From: the human T2T-CHM13v2.0 reference genome, Homo sapiens
DNA: 64,000 nucleotides
Assembly: GCF_009914755.1 (NCBI RefSeq)
Contig: NC_060942.1
Reading direction: 5' to 3' (one strand)
Shown: one piece after another, positions 28,863-42,368 of the stretch
How positions within the stretch are numbered: the stretch's first letter is position 1
Layout of the letters: every line of letters starts with the position of its first letter
Position numbers and translations under genes: made by a program
Notes under the pieces: model-generated
The model's database searches: none
What the model was told of the DNA's origin: nothing
Seen by the model: only the letters and a program-made list of their open reading frames with translations

Positions 28863-29271
28863 GTAAGAGCCACTCACTTTTGCTTATTTTGACAGCTGGA
28901 GTTTCAGTTTCTTGCTTGTGATTACATATTTGAATTTAGGATGTTATGATGTCATTTTCTTCTCTTTGTAGAAGAGAATAAATCAAATGTCCTGAGAATA
29001 AAATAAGCTTTTCTTACAATTAATGATATGTATTTAATATATGCTCTTAGATTATTACTACCTTCATTTAATTACTCTTTTCATCCTGGCTTCATTTCCT
29101 CACAAGGCTTTCTTCTTAGACGAAGGAATTAGAGATGACTGATGCTTTGTTTTAAATCTTTGTCTTATTGAAATATGTAATAACAGTTTAATTAAAATAT
29201 TTTTAATATAAAAACAGGGGAAATTGGTTATTTTGAATCTCAACTTTGTTTTGCTTTGTAATGACAATCAG

Positions 29272-29451
29272 GGACCCAAGACCTCACTCAAGTGATGACT
29301 TCGCAAGGTCTAGTGTCCCCCTCCGGCGGTCCCCACGAGATCACCCTGACCATTAACAACTCCAGCCTGAGCCAGGTCCTGGCACAGGCCGCTGGGCCCA
29401 CTGCCACGTCTTCCTCGGGGTCTCCACAGGAAATTACCCTGACTATCTCCG
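29272..29451 (+). CDS. ZNF236: Coding exon N ([12 protein letters not shown]...PQEITLTIS), 180 nt, phase 1->1
   Basis: aatcag| acceptor, CCG|gttagt donor, GC-rich open frame in AT-rich flanks. Confidence 0.92.
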
Positions 29452-31619
29452 GTTAGTAAGTTATAATTTTAAACATCTTTTCACCCTGCAATTTAAGTAC
29501 TGTATATCTTACTATCTCTTTTCCTACAATACTCTGCTGTGCATAAAGCCCGTGCTCAATATGTATTTATAATTTATGGGAGAAATTGAAGTTTAGTGAA
29601 AATAATGTATTCTAATTCAGATCTGGCACCAGAAATGAAAAATTATAGTTTCTCATGTCACTTCCAGTTTGAGTACAGTCAGTTATTTAATTATTTCATT
29701 CATTGACTCATTTTTAGAGAATAAGTTATTTTTGTTTAGCAAACAGCAGAAAGCGTAGCTTTGTGGTTCTCACTCATGCTCCATGAAACTGGTATAAACT
29801 GTTTACATTAGGGCATTTTAGATCCGCATGGCACTCTCTTTACCGTATGTCTTCAGAATTCTATTAGGATTATATAGGAAAATTGAAACATAGGAGAACA
29901 TTGAAAAGTAGATAAACGGGTAGGAAATACCCTTTGGCAGTAAAGCCCACCTAAAACTGGCAATCTAATTCTCTCTGCCAGTCACCAGGCTGACTCATTC
30001 CCTGTCTTAGGGCTATGCTGCTCGCATTCTGACTTTTCTCCTTGTGTGCCTTCCTTGGTCCTTACGTATCATTAATTCCCATAGTGTGTTCGGATCTCAG
30101 TGAGCATTGAACATATTTTCCTGGTGTGCTTTGCTCACGTGACTCTTAACTATAAACTCTTTGTATTACTAAGAGTCATTTGTTAATTCAGCAATTTTTA
30201 GAGCCCTTACTATGTGCTTGATATTATTCTAGTAACTTCCACAGATATTAACTCATTCAATATTAGTTCATTTAAGACTCGTAACCTGATGATGATGTTA
30301 ACAAAGACATTTTGCTAGGAATCAAAACACGCTCCGTGGAGATCTGATGTGACAGAGGGAAGCAGCCCCACTTCCCTGAAACACACCTGTGGAGAAGGAC
30401 AGCATTCTAGATGGACTCAACCATGAAGGGCAGGATTTCTGCTGTTTCAGAGATATTTCTGCAGAAATTAATTTCAGAACTGAAAGAAAAGGTATTCATA
30501 AGAAAACCAGAAGCTTTCTTTTTCAGGAAGGTGTCTTTATTTCTTTTAATACATTAGTGAGAAATTTGAGGAACTGTTTTTAGGTACAGCTTTGCTTTTA
30601 AATGAGATGCAGTGGTTTTTAGATGCTGTTGGACAGCAAAAATTAACATTGAATTTTATATAATTCAGTAACCTTCCTCCTTTTAAAATTATATTTATAT
30701 CTGAATTTTAATGTTGGAAATACAGAAGAGTTACAATATTTTAGGAAAGCTATTTGGTTGATCCAATTAACTTTCTCGAGTACACTTAATATAAGAAGTA
30801 TTGTGCTAGGTCCTATCAAAACTACATAGTGCATGGTTCTTGCTCAGAGTTAAGAAAATGTATTCTTCAGTTTGTGGATTGTGCCTCTGTTCTTCCTGTG
30901 TGTTATTATTGGCCATTTGGTTATTTTGTTAGTATATTTGAAAGTGTAGATGAATATAACTAATATTTTAAGAATTTGGCTTCAGCTGTTCTAGGAGAAA
31001 ACCTTAAATGAGTTAATGAAATAAGTTTGGTTTCAACTTTGGGCTTCAGATTGTTTTTTCTCACTTATTATGATGGATAATGAGAATTGGCTATACAGTT
31101 CCTTATCCCATTTTGAAAGGGCTGCAAAAAGCATTTAATTTATGGTAACCTGTTAAAAGCATCTAGATATTCCATAGAAATTTTCAAAGATTTCATAGTG
31201 TGTTCTTTTTTCCATTAACACATAGGATTATAAATGCATGCAAGTACTAGAGAATGCACAAATCACTTCAGCTAAGTTTTGCAGACTTTAGGCAGTTCAT
31301 GAGTCCTAGCATTCAGAAAAAGGTTACACGTTGAGTGAAAAGCAAAGACAGTCCTTTGCCTCCCGGAATTACCCTGTCCAGATACAATGAAAGTCCTTTT
31401 ACCTGATGTTTTCAGCCCAGTTATTAATAAAAAGGTATATAAAATTGGGAACCAAACAAGTGACATCTGCATACTTTGGAGATTCATCCACGGATCTTTT
31501 GAATATGGGTCTGCTCAGGTGATAATACATTTTCTACTTTTTAAAATTTTTGCCTGTACTCATGTTCATCATGCAGTTTCATCTCCTGTTTCTCTTTCTT
31601 TAGCATTGCATGAGAATGT

Positions 31620-31950
31620 AGGTCACTATAAAGCAATCATAGTGCAGCATACTTTTGTCTTTTGAATCTTTTTCTCTCTGATTTTGTGTAGTTGTCTTGC
31701 CTACACCTATTTTGACAGCAGAATGTTTAAAGTATCTTGTCTTTACCAAGTTTTTCCAAGGCATTCAATTTGGTTTCCATTGGATGTCCAACAGATTTTT
31801 TATTCTCATATTCATTTCTAGTTGCCATACTATTTGATTTCATTATATCATTACAGTAGCTGATGAAGCTGGCATAAACGGGTTTTGAATCAAGCAAATG
31901 TGTTTTAGTAGGAATGTATTGCAGGCATGTTAGTGTGTACTTGAGAGCAT
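31620..31950 (-). mobile_element. Degraded Tigger-like DNA transposon fragment
   Basis: Minus-strand METKLNALEKLGK resembles the CENP-B/Tigger N-terminal HTH start; bounds approximate. Confidence 0.45.
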
Positions 31951-32411
31951 TCAGAACACATAGGATAGGAACACAGCACACGGGAAACCGCAGCATCGTG
32001 GGCTCGGCAAGCCTGCCCAGTGGAGGGCAGGGAGGGGAGGTTCTGTTATCGCCTGGTGATGCCCCTCAGATCCTTTTAACATGCTTTTGCTATACCTGGC
32101 AGTGCACTATATTTGGAAATATTTTCAATTCATTGACAGTTTCATTCCACACAGTGTGTGATTTTTAGGGCCTAAATACTGAGTTAAAGTAAAACTCATA
32201 AGAAGTATTTTTAAAATACTTCACAGCTTAAAAAGTGTGAACAAATACTGTCATTTAGGGAAATGCATTTTGTGGTCTCATTTTCATTTTTCCATAAATT
32301 GTACTGAAATGACAATGAAAACTTTGAGGATAGAATTATATGTTTAACACACTTGCCAATACGCATCTTAGAATGTTGTTTTCAGATACCACAATATTAA
32401 TTTCCATTTAG

Positions 32412-32593
32412 GTCAAGAACTTATTCAACACAATTCTAATGGAAATAGTGAACTATTAATAAACGGGAGCATAAGATTGTTAGCGCCTGAAATCAATAAT
32501 CAATCTACAGGTGCCACCCTAACAATAAGCAATGATCAGCTTCTCTCCCAGAGCACAGCATTGACCTCTTCAGGCACACAGCACACGAGTTAG
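32412..32593 (+). pseudogene. Candidate vestigial or alternative terminal exon (GQELIQHNSNG...GATLTISNDQLLSQ...TQHTS*)
   Basis: attaatttccatttag| acceptor; 60 open codons in the phase required after exon N, ending at TAG 32591-32593; contains TLTIS, the same motif that ends exon N. Confidence 0.55.
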
Positions 32594-33049
32594 CCAAGAA
32601 AGACATTATAAGAGGTCGGAGCTAAAGAGCTCTGCCCACAGTCAATGAGGAGTTAAACTGTCCTTAGCATGACAGGTGTGTCAGCGTCATGCTTTGTCAC
32701 ATGGATTATCATTCTGTAAGGATTACTGGCTTATGTCTAATTCTAGGATACAAAATTCTCTCTAATGTTACCAACCAATCGATGATGTTACTTTTTAAGC
32801 CATGAAAGTAAATAATTTTATTCAACTGTACAAAGCATCGTATATTTATACAAGTTAGCATGTTAATAACTCCATGTACAAAGCTGTCCCTTTCTAACCC
32901 AGCGCTGGAAGACTCTTACTTAGCTCATTACTTCTGCCCTCCAGTGAGAATTTTCTGACACCAGCTGAAAATAGAATAGAAAAATGGAAAGGAGGCAGCT
33001 TTCTAAGATTTTAAAGCATAGAATTTTATGAAAAATAAACATATTAATA

Positions 33050-33086
33050 TTGGCAGAAACTGCAATTACTTTTGCACCAACGTAAT
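33050..33086. mobile_element. Half MADE1 (Hsmar1 mariner TIR)
   Basis: tggcagaaactgcaattacttttgcaccaacgtaata. Confidence 0.8.
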
Positions 33087-34531
33087 AAATGAGCTCATGT
33101 AAGATAAATGACAGTTTCATAAGTAACCATTAACAGTTTAGGATAACATACCTATCTCGTTCTCTTCACCTTGTAGAGATTGCATTCACTTCTTAGCCTT
33201 GTTATTTTCCAACTATGTATATCACTTTGTGAGGAAAAAAAAACTAATCTTCAGATATGTTTGTACCCAAAAGCTAGACCTCTTTTCATGCTTCATTCTT
33301 AATTGAAACGACCTCTTGTCCCGTAGTTCATTTATTCCATAAAAGATTATAGTGTCTGCTGTGTGCTAAGAATTGTGCAAAATCTGGGACTGTGACTCTG
33401 GGCAGGTCAGAGCTGGCCCTGTGTTCTGGATCTCAGAATAAATGGAGTGCAGACATTTTTTGAAGAATCCACAAGTGACTATAAAATTACAGCTGTAACC
33501 ATATATAAAGGAGAGGTGATGGCACAGAGAGCACATGTCACAGGGGGTGGCTCTGTGGCTTCTTTGAGGACATCCTGGCTGAGCTGAGAGAGGGGCTTGG
33601 GAGTGTGGTGGCTTTTCTCCCAACGCCAGCCACTCAGCTTTGCATGGCCCATGGTGGCCTTTAGCTGAAGCAAGGAGGTGTGGATATTTTAATGGGTGGA
33701 AGGTCCAAAATATATGATGTATTGTTGAAGTTAACATAGCAAATGTTTTTCTCCAAACGTTTTCTAAAACTCATAGTTTGTGGTTTTTAAAGGATCAGGC
33801 AGTGTGTTCTTCTCATCTCTAGAATTCTAATCTTAGGCTGTGAGTTCATCATCTTTCCCCCGCTGCATGGTTCATGTTGCAATGTGAAGACGTGCTGTTT
33901 GTGTGTGGGCCGAAGCGAGTGGTAGTCGCTCGTGGTGCAGGGCTCTGGGTGAGATGTCTGGATTCATGCCCTGCTGGCCGGCCTCACTGAGCAGGAAACT
34001 GGCCGTCAGCAGTGCAGCCTCATGTCTTCCTGGAAACTCTGCTGAACATCCTTAGTGAGCCCCTGGCACATTGATGGAGAGACAAGTTGGGTTGTAGAGG
34101 TTTCAGTTTGAGTGGAGTGGTGTTTGTGCCTCTTGGTGATCCTGGATGTTTGTAGGCGCAGCAGATTGCTTGATTCGAAATTGGGGATGTTCTGACCGAA
34201 GGGAGAAGTTGGATGGAATGAGGGCGCACGCACTCCAGGGCTCTGCTCTAGCTGCCCGCGTTTCTTTAAACTCCTGTGATCTGGCTAGTTCGGTAGTAAG
34301 TGCTGTACCTATAAATTCACGTCCACAGACGCATGTTGGAAGTGTCACACCAGCATCTCACACTCAGGTGAGGGTCCTTTCAGGGCAGGCGAGCTGTCCT
34401 CAGTCAGTGGGTGCAAGGCTCCCACATGTTATGCAGCTGACATTTCTGTATAAACAGCAACATACCCACTTTGCTGATTTGCATTTTTTAAATTATTATT
34501 CTTTTAGACCTTTTTTTAAAGAGCCAGCCGA

Positions 34532-34828
<297 letters not shown>

Positions 34829-37324
34829 TCAGCTGAGAAAATCAGTCTCTCTCTCTCACTCTCTCTCTCTCTCTTAGGCTACTTTAGCTTATATCCCACT
34901 TGTTAAATTAAAAAAAAAAAAGCTTTTCAAGGGATTGGGTGACATTATAAAATAAAAGATGAACGCATAATTAAAGAATATTTGTGTATTAATGTGATAT
35001 CGGCTATTCTTAAATACAGGCTTAGTTTTATGTGATCAAGTAAGTTGTCTTATGTTCTTGAATACCTTTGGCATCTTTGAATAATCCTGGGTATAGGAAG
35101 CAATTGTTCATATATTGACCCACTCAATCCTTGATATTAAGCAGATGTTTTTAGAGTGGCTTGCACATCCCATTTGTCCTAGTTATAATTATGTAGTGGA
35201 TCTCAACTGTATAGTAGTAGTTAGGAGATTGCCTCTTAGTGAGCAATATTTATCTAGAGTCAAAGTCAGTTTCAGATCTAGCTTGAGGCCACACCACTAA
35301 TAATTGAAATTAAAATGACATTATTTTGAAATTAAACATGACTCTTCCAAGGTAAACACTCAAAAACCTCTAATGCCCATACAAAACTTATGTTGAGCAT
35401 AATGAATATGTATATGGCTATTATTATTTTTTGATTCTCTATGCAAGCAAGGTTTGGTTAAGACTCATCAGCTTCTAGGTTAACTCTGGCTGTTTCATCT
35501 TAATCGAAGGCATTGAAAGAAGTGTATCACCACTTAGGGATTTGCGATGAATCCAGGCGAGACAATTAGTCAGAATTTCACATGCAGGACAAAAGCACAT
35601 GCTTTTGTTGAGATTCGTGATGCAGGAGTTGAAGACTATTTCAGAGTTTCATCCCAACATCCATTCCCAAATCTGACACAAAGAGTTTTCCTTAAAAAGT
35701 GATCCCATAGAATGTAAGTACTGTCTCAGAAGCAGATCGTAGTCTTGATAGAGGCTTGAGAAATTTAGCACAACTTTTTAAGGAATTCATCTCAAATGAG
35801 TATTATCTTTTTGTTCTTACCTTCGTCCACTTTTAAATTTAAGATAATTTTGATGAATAAATTGAGTTCTGCTTTTGATGAAAGAAGCAAAGACCAGTAT
35901 TTGTTTTCTATTTATTTGTAGGGTTATTCTAGCCTTAGTTTCTTCTAGATTTAAGTATAATCACTTATTTTATTTTTAAATAGTTCAACAATTTAACATT
36001 TCCCATTCCCCGGTGTATATTAAAACTGAAGAGGACGTTCTCATCCTCACGAGTTGTCCCTCTGAGTGACCTGGATGCTTGGGAACGAGGGGCTACCCCG
36101 ATGCTTCTCTCCTGTTCTGCCGCCCCCACCTCCTGTCTTCCCACATTTCAGTTAATCGCAAGAAAAAACTGATATCATATCTTTTAAATTATTTTTAGAA
36201 CCTTACAAAATTATGTTTTCTTAGAAGCTATGAGGTGATATCCCAAGAGATTTAAGACAATGTTGGGTTTGATGAGCGTACAGTTTATTAATCTTTTTAA
36301 CTTATTTTTGAGTCGGAATCATAAAGTCAGACTTGTATTGCTCTATACATGCTGGAGGAACAGTGGTTTCAGAAAAATAAGTGAAGAATAAAAGTAAGAG
36401 TCTACAATCTTCACTTCAGCATGGGATCTTCATTTTCATGCTAAGAGTATTTAATTTGAATATAAGATTGTAGCTTTTAACAAATGGATAGTTAAGAGCT
36501 ATTTGTAGCTTGTAATTTAACTGCATGCTTAAGAAAATTTCAGCTTTTTTCTGCTCTAGTCATGTGTTCTTTTCAATCATATTGAGGACAGTTCTACTGG
36601 AACCGGTATCATCCTCTTTGTGGAAAATCCATTGAATTAGGACATTATTAAAGGTTCACTGTTTGAGTTGAAATACGAAATTTGGCCCTGTCTGAAGTTG
36701 TTTATTATTTTCATTGAACTTTGTGTCAGGTTTCACTTTAATCAAACACAAGCCTTCTCTATCTTTTTACATTTTTCATGCTGCACAGTCCCGGAACCTC
36801 TGATACCTTAATAATCACTAGAAAGTCAGGATTAGTTGACTGGTGGGAGTGGGGAGAAGATCTTTGGTTCCTTTATTTCAGCAGTTGGGGTGAGGTTTGA
36901 ATTTTTGCTGTGCGCTGGCTTCGCCTTGGCTCTAAGTGTGATCCTGGGCGAGATTCACAGGCACATGCATCTCTTCCCCGTCTTCCCTCTGTGCAAGCTC
37001 ATTGGCAGCTGCCACCTGCCCGCCCGCCCCAGTCTCTATGGTTTTGACCACTCATGTTAAAAACGTACCCGCAGGCTAGTGTGCGGTAAGGGTGTGTGGA
37101 GGGAATTTTAGGAGGACAGCTATTAGGTCAGCTGCTGTACTGGTCACTGGAACGCTTAGTGCATGCAGACGTCCTCCACAAGGCCACACTCCTCGGGCTC
37201 CCACCAGCACTCTGTGCGGATGCTGGAGCAGGCGGGAGGGTCTGACCTAGCTATCTGTGGAGCCCCGGCGGCTGCTTCAGCGCTCGAGCCTCCCAGCCTG
37301 CTAATGGTTCTACTGCTTTTGAAG

Positions 37325-37406
37325 GTTCCAGGTCTGTGCAGCACAGTGTGGGACCCCAGGAGTGTGGATCTGTGGAGGCATTGTATTTGGAGAACTCCAG
37401 CGACAA
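37325..37406 (+). CDS. ZNF236: Alternative 82-nt truncating cassette exon (GSRSVQHSVGPQECGSVEALYLENSSDK, then T-stop in exon O)
   Basis: ctaat branch-like motif, cttttgaag| acceptor, CAA|gtaagt donor; frameshift gives TAA at 38427-38429; matches my recollection of the short ZNF236 isoform 'a' C-terminus. Confidence 0.85.
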
Positions 37407-38422
37407 GTAAGTAACCTAGTTTTCCTGTTGGCCCCTGACTCCTAGGAGAGCGCTGGACTGATGTGACCCAAGTCACAGCAAAGTGCTGACAGGCGCGTGT
37501 TTCTTTTGTTTTGAAACCTGGTTAGGCAATAGCTTTTTGAACTTTCCTTTGGTCGTCATCTTGGCATCCTTAGCAACTGGCACAGTGGCTGGCACAAGTG
37601 GATGAGGAATACATGTTTCAAATGAATGGATGGCTCGACTGTGGGATAAAGTGAGTGTGCGTGTGTGTGCCCATGTGTTTATACTTTCAACGTTGTGTTC
37701 ACTGGTGCCCACTACAGGACTTTGATAATCCCATGCTGAACCCGTCTCATCTGCCAGCAAGGTACATGAGTGTCTGTTTTGTAAAAGAAAAGCCCTTTCT
37801 TCACCAGATACTTTCGTTTCTCTTAGTATCGGCTGCAAGGGGAGATATTTCAGTTTTGTTGTCTTTTCTGAAGAAAATTAAGATGTCATGCAGGATAAAT
37901 GAATATTTAAAGGATTTATGAGATTTATTTTGACCTCCTGTCTTTTAGAATAAGAATCAGTCAGGGTGATGAAAGTGAGAAAATGAGCAGAGATGGTCAG
38001 ATTTATCCCGTAAGCTCAGGAGCTAGTTATTCCTCAGTGGATCACACTTGCTTCCTTTCTTCAGCTGGTCTCTTTGGTTGTGGATGGGGACAATGCACTG
38101 GAAATTCTTGTCTGAGTTTTCATTCTACAGTAGTAGCTGTGACTGAGACTATGGGGTCACATTTTCACTCTTTGTTTACTGGTTTTTCTCTGTGTGTGTT
38201 ATACTTAAGAAGCACAGTATATTCATATGTAAAGATGTTTAAAAACTAAGAAAAGCCTTATCCTAAAATTAGAATTGAAGACCCTGTGATTTCTTTGGTG
38301 CAGCTTGGAGACCTCGGGCATGAATGCTGCTTCCTGCAGGTGGGAGCATCGCTCTCCCTATGCCCTTACACCTGGACTTGTCTGGCCTTCCCATTGATCT
38401 ACTTACTTTGCCTCTTTTGTAG

Positions 38423-38610
38423 AACTTAACACTACAAGCGGAAGCCTTCCTTCAACAACACCGATGTCTCCATCGGCCATCTCGACTCAGAACCTGGTCA
38501 TGTCCTCGTCGGGCGTGGGAGGTGACGCTAGTGTCACGCTGACGCTGGCCGATACTCAGGGTATGCTATCTGGAGGCCTGGACACTGTCACACTCAACAT
38601 CACCTCTCAG
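38423..38610 (+). CDS. ZNF236: Coding exon O ([17 protein letters not shown]...TLNITSQ), 188 nt, phase 1->0, GC donor
   Basis: cctcttttgtag| acceptor; CAG|gcaagt non-canonical donor gives the phase 0 needed by exon P; ORF 38464..38679. Confidence 0.92.
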
Positions 38611-39374
38611 GCAAGTGCTCCTCAGAGAGGGATGCGAAGGTCCTTTCAAAAAGTGATCTTTGAAAACATTATTCATTGACTCCTTCCTAAATAAATAGTC
38701 TGAGCATTTTTTTTCCCCAAAATCGAAGCATTTTTTTTCTGATTAAAAAATACGGTAAATATAAAAGGGGATAAAAATTCAGATAATGTAGAAGAACATA
38801 AAAAATAAGGTAAAACATAAAACCCAAAGCTGTAATCCCACCACCCAAATGGAACCACAGTTAACATTTTAATGTATATATCCTTCTACACCTTTATATG
38901 AATGTATAAGGTACATAGTTATAAATTTCTGCAGAAATTTATAAAATGATGTACACATCATGTAGATGAGCTTTATTGAAGGGCATTATGTTGTATTCAT
39001 GGTTTCAATAAGTAGTATGGAATTTTTCATGCCCTTAGTCACTGAGATTCTTAGATGAATTCCTACCAGTAGAAGTGCTGTGCCAAAGGGGTGTACATTT
39101 TTAAATGATTCGTTGAGCTAAGATGCTGAAAAACCTTTCAGACTTTAATTAGGAAAATCATAATGATACATTATGATTAGTTATAATGAAGGTGAATTAT
39201 AACAAAGCTATGCCAGCATTTTGATAGTTGAAGACTAATTATAATAAGGCTGTGTCAGAATTTTCATAGTTGACTGTAAAAAAGTCTATTCTTAGTTGAT
39301 GTAAATTGTGATTTCTATGTGTCTGTTCCTGGCTGTAATAGAAGCAAAATATGCAGCAGAATTAGAAAGCTGAG

Positions 39375-39666
39375 GCTGGACACAGGTGGCTCCTGCCTGT
39401 AATCCCAGCACTTTGGGAGGCTGAGGTGGGAGGATTGCTTGAGTGCAGGAGTTTGAGACCAGTCAGGGCAACGTGGCAAAACTCTGTCTCTACAAAAAAT
39501 AAAAAATTTGGCCAGGCGTGGCAGTACACACCTGTAGTACTAGGTACTCCGGGGGCTGAGGTGGGAGGATTGGGTGAGCCTGGGAAGTCGATGCTGCAGT
39601 GAGCCATGATTGCACCACTGCACTCCAGCCTGAACGACAGAGTGAGACCTCTCTCTCAAAAAAAAG
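39375..39666 (+). mobile_element. AluJ
   Basis: gggaggattgcttgag diagnostic; TSD aaagctga. Confidence 0.93.
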
Positions 39667-40324
39667 CTGAGGTTGTTTTCACCAAAACACATTCCTTGAT
39701 TGTCCTGTCTCTGCTTTTTAGGCTCACTGTACAAGAAAAACAGATGTTGGCATCTAGAGCAGGATTGGCCCTAACACTATTACAACCACTTGCTGAAGAA
39801 ATGGCCTCTTCTGAGCTCTAGTCCCTCGCATTGGTGAAATAGCAGCATTTCCTCTGCATCGCTTCAAGGCAGAGTTCAGTCAGTCTCCCTTGGTTGTGGG
39901 ATGCTCACATGTTGTTGGCAAATAGGCTTTGCCTAGAGCTCCTCACCGAGGCCCCCTGCACAGCCACTACCCTCTTCTGAGGTGACCCAGGCGCACCGCA
40001 CGCCAGGGTTCCTGCTCACTGGACACAGGGGCTCCCCTTTGGCTGACCTGCCTGTAGCCAAGCAGCCCTGCCTACGTCGTGCCCCCAGGGACCTGTCGGG
40101 CAGCCCCTGTCAGCCACATGTGGTGCTGGGAAGCAGAGCTTGCATCTCACTCAGAGGCATTCCTCCTGAGCTGTGCGGAGCGCGTGACTGCTTATGGAGT
40201 TTAACACACCTTCTTCACCTGCCCTTACGCACCATCAACTCCTGCTTGTCACATAATTAACCTTCTAAATGTTAGCAATTCGTATCATGTTTTAAAATTG
40301 TAGTTGGAACAAAAGTAACCGACT

Positions 40325-40715
<391 letters not shown>

Positions 40716-40999
40716 CTACCTGTCATCTTGGTCACTGTATCTCAGGGCCTAGTGAAGCCCCCTGAGGTCTGGGGCAGGCAGTGGGCAGGGGGAGGCTGGA
40801 TGGGAGAGCACTTTTCCTTATTTACCATTCAAGGAACACACTTCAAATCCAGGTACAGGAGTCTGTACACTAACTCAGAGTCATTTGTCTTTCCCACGTT
40901 TTTATTTGCTGCTAAGATGTTGTTTTTATATTTAAATGATGACGGCTGTAAATATGACCTTACACTTCCGGTTGTCTTGTAAAGCCTTAAGGGTGTAAT

Positions 41000-41650
41000 G
41001 TGCATTGGGCTTTGGGAACTCGGTGGGCGACCCTAGCACTGCATTTGGGAACACGGTGGGCGACCCTAGCACTGCATTTGGTAACACAGTGGGCTACCCT
41101 AGCACTGCATTTGGGAACACAGTGGGCTACCCTAGCACTGCATTTGGGAACATGGTGGGCTGCCCTAGCACTGCATTTGGGAACACGGTGGGCGACCCTA
41201 GCACTGCATTTGGGAACACGGTGGGCCACCCTAGCACTGCATTTGGGAACACGGTGGGCTACCCTAGCACTGCATTTGGGAACACGGTGGGCTACCCTAG
41301 CATTGCGTTTGGGAACACGGTGGGCGACCCTAGCACTGTGTTTGGGAACACGGTGGGCGACCCTAGCACTGCATTTGGGAACACGGTGGGCTACCCTAGC
41401 ACTGCATTTGGGAACACAGTGGGCTACCCTAGCACTCCATTTGGGAACACAGTGGGCTACCCTAGCACTGCATTTGGGAACATGGTGGGCTGCCCTAGCA
41501 CTGCATTTGGGAACACGGTGGGCGACCCTAGCACTGCATTTGGGAACACGGTGGGCTGCCCTAGCACTGCATTTGGGAACACGGTGGGCGACCCTAGCAT
41601 TGCGTTTGGCAACACGGTGGGCGACCCTAGCATTGCATTTGGGAACACAA
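41000..41650. repeat. 33-bp VNTR, ~19-20 copies (GCACTGCATTTGGGAACACGGTGGGCGACCCTA)
   Basis: Fixed 33-nt period; 11-aa periodicity in ORFs 41000..41653 and 41005..41673. Confidence 0.97.
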
Positions 41651-42016
41651 TGACTGTCGTGTTATATGTGTGAGTCAGCTCCCAGGGTCCCTGGTGTGTT
41701 TCTTATTGTAGACTTTTAACTATCATAATTAAAGACATAGTAAAGAAGTAAAAATTATTTAAAATATAAATTTTAATTAGTTAAATGCCTTTGAATAACT
41801 TTTGGAGTGTGGGATTGAGTTTGATGAGAAAAACCCAGAAAGGCATTTATTTCAGTGATTATGAGAGCGTATTTTCTGTATGTTAAGTTTTATCACTTTG
41901 AGAATTATCCACTACAATTAAAGTGAAAGTTCAGTAAGTAGTTCTCAGTATTGTCTAGGTTGTATTTTTAAAGTCTGCAAATATTTGCCAGGATGTCCCA
42001 TGCCTTTTTTGTAGAA

Positions 42017-42368
42017 CAGGGGTCCCCAACTCCCAGGTTGTGGACTGGTACCTGTCCATGGTCTGTTAGCATCCAGGCCGCACAGCAGGGGTGAGCGTGG
42101 GCCAGAGAGCATTACTGCCTGAGCTCCACCTCCTGTCAGATGAACTGGGGCATTACATTCTCAAAGGAGCATGAATCCTATTGTGAACTACACATGTGAG
42201 GGATCTAGGTTGTGTGATCCTTATGAGAATCTAGCTAATGCCTGATGATCTGATGTGGAAAAGTTTCATCCCGAAACCATCTCCCCAACATCCCCTACCT
42301 CAAATCCGTGGAAAAATTTTCTTCCATGAAACCAGTCTTCCTGGTTCCAAAAAGGGTGGGGACTGCTG
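42017..42368 (-). mobile_element. MER1B
   Basis: caggggtccccaac...ggggactgctg termini; reverse-complement homology to 1575-1899. Confidence 0.88.

Noticed and set aside
30451-30491. Possible 41-nt micro-exon (tttcag|...AAG|gtattc; EIFLQKLISELKEK)
   Set aside because: It would be phase 1->0, incompatible with exons N/O, with a weak donor; could be chance.
41000-41673. CRISPR-like array or novel repeat protein gene (217/222-aa ORFs)
   Set aside because: Units are contiguous with no unique spacers, there are no cas genes, and the context is a primate intron. Open frames follow from a 33-nt unit lacking stops, and both ORFs lack good start or splice context.
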